Assembly: GCA_017425065.1 (NCBI GenBank)
Contig: JAFPJV010000024.1
Coordinates: forward strand, 8,410 to 72,409
Source of the DNA: Paludibacteraceae bacterium
GTDB lineage: Bacteria > Bacteroidota > Bacteroidia > Bacteroidales > Paludibacteraceae
Length of the DNA: 64,000 bases
Direction of reading: 5' to 3'
Positions 45,501 through 53,343 of this stretch are shown one piece after another (the stretch's first letter is position 1; every line of letters starts with the position of its first letter). Under the pieces are notes generated by a model that searched no databases, was not told where the DNA came from, and saw only the letters and a program-made list of their open reading frames with translations. A program made the translations under genes and the position numbers.

Positions 45501-48500
45501 GACTGACCAGGAGATGACATTGACATCCAGCCTGGAGAACTATGCTACATTGGCAGAGTCGAAGAACTTGAAGGATATTGCTAAATTGGCAACGCCGAAT
45601 ATTGACTATACCGTTAAGGCAAATGAGGAAAACTGGTTTGCTATCTGCTTGCCGATGATCCGCAACAACTACACACTGACAGATAATCTCTATGTAACTG
45701 TCAGCAACCCGAATCCGGTTGATGTTAAGGTAACAGGTACTGCTACATGGCAGGATGTGCTGACCTACAAGATTCCGGAGCGCACTCGTACGATTAAGGC
45801 GAACCGTTCGTATCACAAATCGTTCAGAGAGATTGCAAGAAAGGGTCTTGAGCGTGCAAATATTGACGGATTCTCGATCGACGATTTCGAGACCGAATTT
45901 ATCGACAGCATGCTTCGCGTTTATATCACCGAGGACTCGCTCACCGCGTATGTAATGATCAAACCGGAGAGAGATCTGAAGTGGCGTATTGATGCCGACA
46001 AGGCTAACGGCTCGAAATGTGACGATGCTATCAGCTTTGACTGGGAGCATGGTAATGCACATCCGGCAAACAGCACACTTTGGTATCATGCCGAACTGAG
46101 TCCGGAGCGCATCCCCGAAGACAAAGACCTGCGTATCCATGTTGTAAACTGGTCAGAACGTGTGGCAAATACGACGGGAGATATGTACTTCGACTGCAAC
46201 GAGGCTGCTACTGTAAGCACACCTTACACCCTGAATCCTCTGCAGGATAAATACAAAGATATCGACCGTGACTTGATGGAGCAACTCGGTTGGGCTCCGC
46301 TGCTGATTGAGTACTTCTCTGATGAGGATACCTATATCTGGGCAGAGCTTGTTCCGAACGTTCCGCGTGACACGCTGCGCGATACAGTAGTTGCGTATGT
46401 ATGTTATGGCGAACCGTATCAGGATACTATTATTGCCGAGCACTCGATTCCGTCTGTAGAGCAATTTGTAACTTGGAACGATACCATTACTTTCCAGGAC
46501 GGTGTATTGCTGAAAGACTCGATCACCAAATTTGAGATTCATCCGATTGTTGAGCCGGTATTGCTCACCATTGACGAGATGAAGGCTCAGGGCGCAGCTC
46601 CGCTGCTCGTTCAGGGTATGCAGTTGTATGTTGATCCGTCGAATGCAGCTCTGTTGGCTTACTATCGTAACCTGAGTGCACAGTACGATTCGATTATGAA
46701 TATCGATACTGTTTACTGGGCAAAACCGGTTTACAAGGGCGATGGTACGTTGAATGACAAGAAGGATGAACCGCTGGATCTGCTTACGTTCTATCAGAAG
46801 ACTGACCTGCAGGATACCCTTCTGCTCGTCATCAAGGATACTACGGTCTGCGACAACGCTATTCGCCGTGAGTTCGTATTTGCGCTCGACGCATACAAGA
46901 CTGTTGCATTTACGGATACACTTTGTCCGTCACCGACAGTTCCCGGCAATGAGACAAAGACTGTCCTCGTTGCGGATACTCTTGGCCGTGATCGTTACGT
47001 AGATAGCGTTTATACGCATGTGGCTCTTGTTGAACCGACACTTATTGAAGATGCCGAACTGCAAGACAATGAGAAACCGCAGGTTGTAAGCGGTGTTATT
47101 GATGAGACATCGTCCGCAATCAGCAGCAACGTAATCAAGCAGATGATTGAGGACAAATCCGCTCCTGGAACGATGGATGTAACAGCTCTGACCTGGGAAG
47201 TAGATAATGGTACTGCATGGCAGGCTCTGCCATATACAGTTCCTGCAAATGCTACCACAGTGACGATGCGTTATATCATCACCACCGAGTGCGGTACGCA
47301 GAAGACAAGCAACAACTTCGTTATCAATGTTCCTGCTCCGACTTACAAGAACGATACGATTATGCTCCGTGATACGACAGTCTGCGAAGTATTTGTATGG
47401 GAGACCACCAACCATGGTGACGGTCAAACCTACACCGCTTCCGGAACGTTGTATTTCAAGAGCAATGAGCCGATCGACGCTGATCCGACTTCTACTACCT
47501 ACTTCAAGGTTTATGGTTTGAATCTGACCGTTAACCATAATGTAGAGAACATTATCAACGAACTTCCGGCATGTGGCTCTTATACATGGAATCAGGCAGG
47601 CGTGGATACAGTGATTACGACCAGCAGTCCTGCTGAGGGTTACAAGCACGTATTCCCGAAGGCAGCAGCAAGCGGTTGCGACTCGATTGTAACCTTGCAT
47701 ATTACGATCAACAATCCTGTTGAAGTAGTAGTAAACGAGACTCCGGTATGTGATTCCTACACATGGAAGATGGATACCAAGGATAGTGTGATTACGACCA
47801 GCAGTCCTGCTGAGGGTTACAAGCACGTATTCAAGGGTGCTGCAACGAATGGTTGCGACTCGATTGTAACCTTGCATATTGTTGTTAACAACAGCGTTGC
47901 TGTTACAGCAGCTCCTGTTACCGAGTGTAACTCGTACACATGGAAGTTTGATGCGAACAACGATACGTTGATTACGACCAGCAGCACTGGAGCAGGTTAT
48001 ACCCATAAGTTCCAGACCGTTAACGGTTGCGACTCGGTTGTAACACTTCCTGTTACCATCAAGGTTCCGTATCAGTCTTCGCTGTCTCTGGTATCTTACT
48101 ATGGCGACCGTCTCCTCATGATCAACCGTAACGAGATTAATGCTATCGACGGTTGGAATCTGGATTCGCTCGACGTAGAGGATGGCCAGTACGTAACTTG
48201 GTATGAGATTGACAAGAGCGGCAATGAGACGAAGGTAGGTAACGGTTATACATATAACCTGCCGAACGGAGATCAACTGCCGACAGGCTACACGTATTAC
48301 GCTGTAATTTCGTTGCCTGCTGTATCTGGCGCTTGCGGTGCCGAGGGTACTACTGTCAAATACACGATTCCTGCACACTCAGGCGCTCCGATGCTTGCTC
48401 CGAACTTAGCTCGTCCGGGAGAGCAGATGCGCGTACTGAACCTGAATCCGGATCAGACCACTTACATCCGTGTTTACACGGCTGAAGGTCACCTGATCAG

Positions 48501-48621
48501 CCAGTATGAGGTAAGCAACCAGGCTACCTACTACATGCCGGCACAGAAGGAGAGCGGCTTCTATCTCGTAGAGGTGGAGAGTGCTGATGTTAAGTCAACA
48601 TTACGTTACATTGTAAAGTAA
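42547..48621 (+). CDS. Giant (2024 aa) secreted protein: ten ~115-aa modules, three GCDS repeats and a T9SS C-terminal sorting domain
   Basis: Signal peptide. Modules fit C-x3-[AI]-x-F-x-W...WY-x-[VL]-D...DC...V[YW][LV]R[LV]. The CTD is IRVYTAEGHLIS...GFYLVEV...LRYIVK. Confidence 0.85.
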   Translation: MKKFLTLVVALMMVIPMMAIGDNDGSTQLDAIDFNWDAPTKHSGGMKWYVVDLSPLYEEETPGLSLFLANESKTNSVHVSVKATVGETTETKSYVLGPTSQESWSRNASSLVRLKTKRIFLSLNSDGPVVLSAKVFEFQDLDDACKKATAFSWTAGLNKPAGAKQWYSLDLTEAKATSDKDVRVSIKNNGSQKATVIATQSLDCPSTSVSSRTIEIEPGETVADTIGHGIIKYVSFNDLYFSLENDQPITVKAEFVNQSSTVVLPPDDPSDPNNPYEDLHVQETKDLSAGQTYYFRISVDEMNQYKKLEPEFVFLNNGATVATVFSSMAFESGVNSAMNDNLLLQGNDELIEVINKGFLMGIDAEYVYLRLQPDQDVQLTSRFKHVREGKACKTNIDFDWDHGHRQAAKTVQWYHLSMADAIANKEDIIGHVINEGSKKANVKISVAFDCPYTDLTDVSRSIPVGQVVDHTFAYSTFAMMTEDVWVRLETDQQVKFWAETKPAKQNPTPDEACLNAIDFDWQAGISQLAGETKWYKVDMTQVRNITEFPTVYVFNRGNGKATVVGELSEDCPDVFVNDKPKTLSIAKDGFYSKRISRDMFNHIKADVVYLRVTTDQDIDVQVRFTEEPEGSSCSSAKEFNWNAEGKGHIEQAANANLWYLIDLSRAIDEEKDVRVTIINKSGQKCSGTAWLAYDCESDEMPENQPFHLDANASKSRVIENSLITDMVTDKKVYIRLMGNTTLRVEAELVDPAPFTPIPCPASVVELDWNTLYTHPGGEVWYHVDDADLEILRQNDLAPEAYAKDLSGASNMITVEEAFACPILKKMAGKSKSLAAGAEYRRQIGRSTTDQFIKHNEIYLRVTSQGAFEFKATLKNPYNGSDCMSAIRVGMENNLTQAANTVVWYRVNIGKLKEDDSLHGKSLKVTAKNKGGKANVKVAIFEDCAGEDILEDRGKHSVSAGKSYSRSIPAYVIYGLASKELYVRVETDQEMTLTSSLENYATLAESKNLKDIAKLATPNIDYTVKANEENWFAICLPMIRNNYTLTDNLYVTVSNPNPVDVKVTGTATWQDVLTYKIPERTRTIKANRSYHKSFREIARKGLERANIDGFSIDDFETEFIDSMLRVYITEDSLTAYVMIKPERDLKWRIDADKANGSKCDDAISFDWEHGNAHPANSTLWYHAELSPERIPEDKDLRIHVVNWSERVANTTGDMYFDCNEAATVSTPYTLNPLQDKYKDIDRDLMEQLGWAPLLIEYFSDEDTYIWAELVPNVPRDTLRDTVVAYVCYGEPYQDTIIAEHSIPSVEQFVTWNDTITFQDGVLLKDSITKFEIHPIVEPVLLTIDEMKAQGAAPLLVQGMQLYVDPSNAALLAYYRNLSAQYDSIMNIDTVYWAKPVYKGDGTLNDKKDEPLDLLTFYQKTDLQDTLLLVIKDTTVCDNAIRREFVFALDAYKTVAFTDTLCPSPTVPGNETKTVLVADTLGRDRYVDSVYTHVALVEPTLIEDAELQDNEKPQVVSGVIDETSSAISSNVIKQMIEDKSAPGTMDVTALTWEVDNGTAWQALPYTVPANATTVTMRYIITTECGTQKTSNNFVINVPAPTYKNDTIMLRDTTVCEVFVWETTNHGDGQTYTASGTLYFKSNEPIDADPTSTTYFKVYGLNLTVNHNVENIINELPACGSYTWNQAGVDTVITTSSPAEGYKHVFPKAAASGCDSIVTLHITINNPVEVVVNETPVCDSYTWKMDTKDSVITTSSPAEGYKHVFKGAATNGCDSIVTLHIVVNNSVAVTAAPVTECNSYTWKFDANNDTLITTSSTGAGYTHKFQTVNGCDSVVTLPVTIKVPYQSSLSLVSYYGDRLLMINRNEINAIDGWNLDSLDVEDGQYVTWYEIDKSGNETKVGNGYTYNLPNGDQLPTGYTYYAVISLPAVSGACGAEGTTVKYTIPAHSGAPMLAPNLARPGEQMRVLNLNPDQTTYIRVYTAEGHLISQYEVSNQATYYMPAQKESGFYLVEVESADVKSTLRYIVK

Positions 48622-48634
48622 GGAGGACCATAAG

Positions 48635-49930
48635 ATGAAAAATATTAAATCAATGCTATTCATTGCAATGCTGATGGCTGTTGGAGTTAGCTCCGCATCG
48701 GCCCAGCAGATTGAGTTCTCTGTAGAGAAGGGCGATACAGTGCTTATCGACCCCGAGTGCGAAAGATACCTCACCGGCGAGAGAATGTCGAAGTGGGTAT
48801 ATGGTTACAAGCATGTAGTTTACCAGTTGGGAACCAAGAAATTCCCGACAGGTGTGCTCCTGTACAATGGTGCTAAAATCGGTATTCTCTCTTGGGTTGC
48901 TCCTGAGTGTCTGAATGTTCAGACTCGTATCAAGGAGGACAATCCGCAGACTACGGATAAAGATACCGCTACTGCAGTAACGCCAAAGGATTCTATCCCT
49001 TCTACAGTAGGAACTGATAAACCGGACAAAGATTCCATTGATGCAAAACAGAAGGATGATACCGACAAACCGCAAGAGAAGAAGAAATCCGGATACGACC
49101 GATTCACGATCGGCGTACGCGGTGGTGCTTCTTCGTTGCTCCATTCGTCCATCCAGGGTAACTGGAACTGCGGTTTTGACGCTATTCTCGACCTTCAGTA
49201 TGCTCACTATTGGACAAAAGAAGATCGTCCGATTGACCTTGGTATCATAGCCGGTTTGGGTCTGGGTTATTCCCAGAGTGCCCTTAAGGTGGATTATGAC
49301 AGTACGAAAGTAACCGCAGCTACTACCTCTACTACAGGAGCAGCAAGCAATGTGGACTATACTGTTGTAGCCAAAGATGTGAAAGAGACGGATCGTACAC
49401 TTCAACTCGAGGTGCCGGTAATGTTCTCGTTGATTCATGACAACGGCCTGTTCTTCAACGTAGGTCCGAAGTTCATGATTCCGCTTTACAGCCCGTACAA
49501 ACAGACTGTAAGCAAAGAGGGTTCACATATTTCGGCTTACTTCCCCACGGAAGGTGTTACTACTCAAGATAACATCGTAACCGGTAAGTATGACGGACAA
49601 GAGCCTGTAGCTGACAACGGTATTCAGTTTAATATCAATATTATGCTGACTGCTGAAATCGGTTACGAGTGGATTCTGAAATCCGGCAACTCACTCGGTC
49701 TGGGTGCGTATGCAAACTATTGCGTTTACAACTCGTTCAAGAACCGTACCGACTCGAAGAGCCTCTTCAAGCTGACTGAGGCTTCCGAGGCAAGTATCGC
49801 TCAACTGGATGTGTTGTCTGCTACCAATACGTATGCAAACAAACTCGGATACTTCGATGTAGGTCTCAAGCTTGCTTACCACTTCAACTTTCCCAAGAAA
49901 GCTAAGAAAGCAGCTGCCGTTGAGGAGTAA
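48635..49930 (+). CDS. Tripartite outer-membrane protein: N-domain, K/D/T-rich linker and C-terminal beta-barrel
   Basis: Signal peptide. The linker is DKPDKDSIDAKQKDDTDKPQEKKKSG. The barrel runs from FTIGVRGGASSLL to LKLAYHFNF. AAGGAGG lies 8 nt upstream of the ATG. Confidence 0.65.
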   Translation: MKNIKSMLFIAMLMAVGVSSASAQQIEFSVEKGDTVLIDPECERYLTGERMSKWVYGYKHVVYQLGTKKFPTGVLLYNGAKIGILSWVAPECLNVQTRIKEDNPQTTDKDTATAVTPKDSIPSTVGTDKPDKDSIDAKQKDDTDKPQEKKKSGYDRFTIGVRGGASSLLHSSIQGNWNCGFDAILDLQYAHYWTKEDRPIDLGIIAGLGLGYSQSALKVDYDSTKVTAATTSTTGAASNVDYTVVAKDVKETDRTLQLEVPVMFSLIHDNGLFFNVGPKFMIPLYSPYKQTVSKEGSHISAYFPTEGVTTQDNIVTGKYDGQEPVADNGIQFNINIMLTAEIGYEWILKSGNSLGLGAYANYCVYNSFKNRTDSKSLFKLTEASEASIAQLDVLSATNTYANKLGYFDVGLKLAYHFNFPKKAKKAAAVEE

Positions 49931-50631
49931 TGACAATACTTTGTATTGAAACCAGTACGCTCGTTTGTTCGGCCGCCATCTGTATAGGTGGCGTGCCGAC
50001 AGACGAGCGTATATCGCTTAACCAAGCAAACCACGCCCGCATGCTACCGCAATTTGTGGATGAGCTTCTGGCAAATCTGACTCGGAAAAAACTGCGTGTG
50101 GAGGCTGTTGCCGTCAGCGCAGGGCCGGGCAGCTATACAGGTCTTCGTATCGGCACGAGCCTGGCGAAAGGCCTTTGTTACGGATGGCAGATACCGTTGC
50201 TTCCGATTGATACCTTACAAATACTATGCGCCGGCGCAGCCGCGCGCATGCCTATAAACGACGGGCTGCTGTGCCCGATGATTGATGCGCGTCGTATGGA
50301 GGTATATACCAACCTGTACGATGTCGACTTGCAACCGCAAGGAGAAACCAGTGCTGTAGTTGTTGAGAACGAAGATAGTCTGCTTTCGGCGTCAGGCTCC
50401 CAACACGCGGCGGTTTATTATTTTGGCGATGGTGCCGAGAAGTGTCAGTCCGTTCTGACACAACCTAAGATGCATTATATAGCGGGTGTGATACCCGAAG
50501 CAAAATATATGGGGATGCTGGCGGAGAGAATGCTTGCGAATGGCTATCAGGGTGCTGATGTGGCATACTACGAGCCGTTCTACCTCAAGCAGTTTGTAGC
50601 TGCACCCTCTCACGTCAAAGGACTTAAGTAA
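49930..50631 (+). CDS. tsaB: tRNA threonylcarbamoyladenosine biosynthesis protein TsaB
   Basis: MTILCIETSTLVCSAAI start and a GPGSYTGLRIG motif. Length is 233 aa. Its ATG overlaps the upstream TAA. Confidence 0.85.
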   Translation: MTILCIETSTLVCSAAICIGGVPTDERISLNQANHARMLPQFVDELLANLTRKKLRVEAVAVSAGPGSYTGLRIGTSLAKGLCYGWQIPLLPIDTLQILCAGAAARMPINDGLLCPMIDARRMEVYTNLYDVDLQPQGETSAVVVENEDSLLSASGSQHAAVYYFGDGAEKCQSVLTQPKMHYIAGVIPEAKYMGMLAERMLANGYQGADVAYYEPFYLKQFVAAPSHVKGLK

Positions 50632-50659
50632 AGTGAAAACTGAAAAGTGAAAGGTGAAA
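50632..50659. repeat. Heptamer array NNTGAAA x4 immediately after the tsaB stop
   Basis: agtgaaa actgaaa agtgaaa ggtgaaa. Confidence 0.8.
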
Positions 50660-50691
50660 GAAGGACATATTGCAGTGTATTGAGAGGGTCA

Positions 50692-53202
50692 ATGATTCTT
50701 TCCGTTTTCATTTTCCTGTTATCCATGCTTTCGTGTTCTACGCAGAAGAATACGGCTGCTACGCGTTCGTTCCATCAAACCAAGGTACGTTACAACATCC
50801 TGTACAATGGCAATCTTGCTTACGAAGATGGTCTTCGTGCTATTCAGGCAGCTGCCGAGGATGATTATTCCGGCGTACTTTCGCTTTATCCGATCAGCGA
50901 TCACAAGGCGGCGCAGTCTGCCGCTTCCCAGATGGACAGAACGATCGAGAAATGCAGAAAGTCTATTAAGTTGCATTCTATCAAATCGAAACCCAAACCT
51001 GACCCTAAACGTCGTTCCGACCCGAAGTACCGTGCCTGGCTTAAACAGGAGGAGTTCAATAAAGTGCTTTCCGAAGCATGGATACGTCTTGGCGAAGCGG
51101 AGTTCCATAAGGGCGATTTCCTGGGTTCGGTAGGTACGTTCAACTATGTTACGCGCCATTATGAATACGATGCCGATGTGGTGGCACGCTGCCAATTGAT
51201 GACTGCTCGTGCGTACGCGGAAATGGAGTGGCAGTACGAGGCGGAAGATATGCTTGCCAAGGTGCAGCAGGATGCGCTTAAGCAACGTCATGCGCATCTG
51301 TATGGTGCCACTTCGGCAGATGTGCTGCTTCATGCCAAGCAGTATAAACAGGCGATTCCTTTCCTGAAAATAGCTGTCCCCTACGAGAAACGCAAGGTCT
51401 ATCGTCCGCGTTTCCAATATGTGTTGGCTCAGTTGTATCAGTTGCAAGGCATGCGTCAGGAGGCGATCGAAGCCTATCGCAAGGTGATTCGTCTTGCGCC
51501 GCCCAACGTAATGGATTTTCATGCGCGGCTCAATATGGCGGAACTCAAAGGAAAAGCCGGCTTGAAAGGCTTGCGCTCGATGACGCGCCAGTCGAAGCAC
51601 AAAGACCATCTGGATGTGATATTCGGCACAATGGGTAATATATGGCTTCAGGCAGGCGATACCGCCAAGGCGCTCGAGTTATACCAATTGGCTATTGATA
51701 CGGCCAAGAATGCAACGCTTGACAAGGCGGGAATCCTTGTGCGTGCCGGCGACTTGTATTTCGACCGCAAGCAATATAACGAAGCACAGCCGTGCTATCG
51801 TGAGGCACTCACTATCTTCCCGTCCGAACATGAGCAATACCGTCGTCTCCAATCGCGTTCCGAGGTGCTTGACCAGCTGGTTATCCATGTCAATACCGTT
51901 ACGCTTCAGGATTCGTTGCAGGCGCTCAGCCGCTTGCCCGAGGAGGAACAACTGGCGGCCGTCCAGCGGGTGATTCAGGCGGAAGAAGAGCAACGCCTTC
52001 GCGATTCTGTCCGAATGGCGCAACAGGCTCGTGAAGAAGAACTCGACGAAGGTCCTTTGAGTGTGAATACGGCGAATATGTTAGGCGGTGCAGGAAGTGC
52101 AGGAGCAGCGTGGTATTTCTACAACCCGCAACTTATGCGTCAGGGCAAACAGCAATTCCAGCGCACGTGGGGAAACCGTCCGCTGGAGGATCAGTGGCGT
52201 CGCTTGTCCAAGTCCATCAGTTCTTTTGGTGACGACAGTACGGAGGGTGTTATGGGCGGAGACAGCACGTCTCTCTCGCAGGACAGTACTTCTCAGGGAC
52301 CTTTGGCCGGATTGGATGCCAAGGCGCGAATGTATTATGACCAGATTCCGCACACGGAGGCAGAGCTGCAGGCCTCGGATAGCCTTATTTGTGATGCGTT
52401 GACGCAGATAGAACGTATCTATCGCTACGATTTGCGCGACACGGTGCTGGCCAATCAGACACTTCTCACGTTGGATAATCGTTGCCCGAATCGTCCGCGT
52501 CCGCAGATAGACGATCAATGGCCGGAAATAACTGCGCGGCTGGATTCTCTCTACGAGTCCACGTACGATGCGTTCCGCGCGAGACAATATGCCAGGGTGA
52601 AGACGGATTATCATGCGGCCGAAGAGATAGCGGGCGAAACGGAGCAACCGAAAATCATGCCGCGTTTCATGTTCTTGTCGGCAGTGGCTATCGCTCGCAC
52701 GGAAGGACAGGAACCGTTTGTCCAGCGGCTTCGTGAGATGGTGGAACGCTATCCGTCCCATGAACTGAGTGCAAAAGCCAAAGACATGTTGGCCATGATG
52801 GGGCAGGGACTGGAGTCGCAGAAAGGCGGCAATGAGACAGACTTGGCAGACGCACGCCAGAAAGCAGCTGAAGAAGCAGCCAAGGCGGCTGAAGCAGAAG
52901 CGGCTGCATCGGGAGACGTGTCTGCACTGGAGGGCAAATCGGTGGTTCTGCTCGTGTTGCCCAAGAAGGATGAAAAGTTGTTCAATCAACTTCAGTATGA
53001 AGTGGCATTGTTCAATTTCGAGATATTCCTGCTGCGTGATTTCGAATTGCATCGGCAGACAACGGCCGATGGACAGTGGGCACTTGAAGTCGGACCTTTT
53101 GATGCCAAGACAGAAGCAGAGTGGTGGATAGGATTGATGCAGAAGAATCCGACCCTGGAGACATTCATCCGTGGGAACGGCATTGTGCCGCAGACTAAAT
53201 AA
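50692..53202 (+). CDS. porW: T9SS periplasmic TPR lipoprotein PorW/SprE
   Basis: Lipobox LSMLSC, followed by STQKNTAATRSFHQTKVRYNILYNGNLAYEDG. This matches the SprE/PorW N-terminal signature as I remember it. TPR repeats follow. Length is ~836 aa. Confidence 0.7.
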   Translation: MILSVFIFLLSMLSCSTQKNTAATRSFHQTKVRYNILYNGNLAYEDGLRAIQAAAEDDYSGVLSLYPISDHKAAQSAASQMDRTIEKCRKSIKLHSIKSKPKPDPKRRSDPKYRAWLKQEEFNKVLSEAWIRLGEAEFHKGDFLGSVGTFNYVTRHYEYDADVVARCQLMTARAYAEMEWQYEAEDMLAKVQQDALKQRHAHLYGATSADVLLHAKQYKQAIPFLKIAVPYEKRKVYRPRFQYVLAQLYQLQGMRQEAIEAYRKVIRLAPPNVMDFHARLNMAELKGKAGLKGLRSMTRQSKHKDHLDVIFGTMGNIWLQAGDTAKALELYQLAIDTAKNATLDKAGILVRAGDLYFDRKQYNEAQPCYREALTIFPSEHEQYRRLQSRSEVLDQLVIHVNTVTLQDSLQALSRLPEEEQLAAVQRVIQAEEEQRLRDSVRMAQQAREEELDEGPLSVNTANMLGGAGSAGAAWYFYNPQLMRQGKQQFQRTWGNRPLEDQWRRLSKSISSFGDDSTEGVMGGDSTSLSQDSTSQGPLAGLDAKARMYYDQIPHTEAELQASDSLICDALTQIERIYRYDLRDTVLANQTLLTLDNRCPNRPRPQIDDQWPEITARLDSLYESTYDAFRARQYARVKTDYHAAEEIAGETEQPKIMPRFMFLSAVAIARTEGQEPFVQRLREMVERYPSHELSAKAKDMLAMMGQGLESQKGGNETDLADARQKAAEEAAKAAEAEAAASGDVSALEGKSVVLLVLPKKDEKLFNQLQYEVALFNFEIFLLRDFELHRQTTADGQWALEVGPFDAKTEAEWWIGLMQKNPTLETFIRGNGIVPQTK

Positions 53203-53207
53203 AAAAA

Positions 53208-53234
53208 AGAGAAACCCGAAAGTCTCTCTTTTTC
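53208..53234 (+). terminator. Rho-independent terminator after porW
   Basis: The agagaaac / gtctctct stem pairs at 7 of 8 positions, with a 6-nt loop, followed by TTTTT. Confidence 0.55.
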
Positions 53235-53238
53235 TGTG

Positions 53239-53312
53239 TCGGGATGACAAGATTTGAACTTGCGACCTCCGGTCCCCCAGACCGTTGCGCTACCGGACTG
53301 CGCCACATCCCG
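53239..53312 (-). tRNA. tRNA-Pro (anticodon GGG)
   Basis: Hand-folded 74-nt cloverleaf. Acceptor stem CGGGATG/CATCCCG, D-arm GCGC/GCGC, anticodon loop CTGGGGG, T-arm GCAAG-TTCAAAT-CTTGT, discriminator A. No CCA is encoded. Confidence 0.85.
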
Positions 53313-53335
53313 CCGCTCTTTTTCAAAAGCGACTG

Positions 53336-53343
53336 CAAAATTA
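53336..53343 (-). promoter_or_regulatory. -7 box TAATTTTG for tRNA-Pro
   Basis: The reverse complement reads CTTGCATATGTCAAAAAAAAGCAGTAATTTTGCAG. It lies about 24 nt upstream of the tRNA 5' end. Confidence 0.6.

Noticed and set aside
47611-47832. Diversity-generating retroelement (template and variable repeat pair), suggested by the near-identical 45-nt and 30-nt segments
   Set aside because: There is no reverse transcriptase or accessory gene in the window. The differences between copies are not adenine-specific. The copies are tandem protein repeats in one ORF.
25422-53312. Horizontally acquired genomic island integrated at tRNA-Pro
   Set aside because: There is no integrase, transposase or other mobility gene. 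I noticed no direct repeat of the tRNA 3' end. Core genes (tsaB, porW) lie between the tRNA and the locus. A compositional difference from the flanks cannot be quantified by eye.
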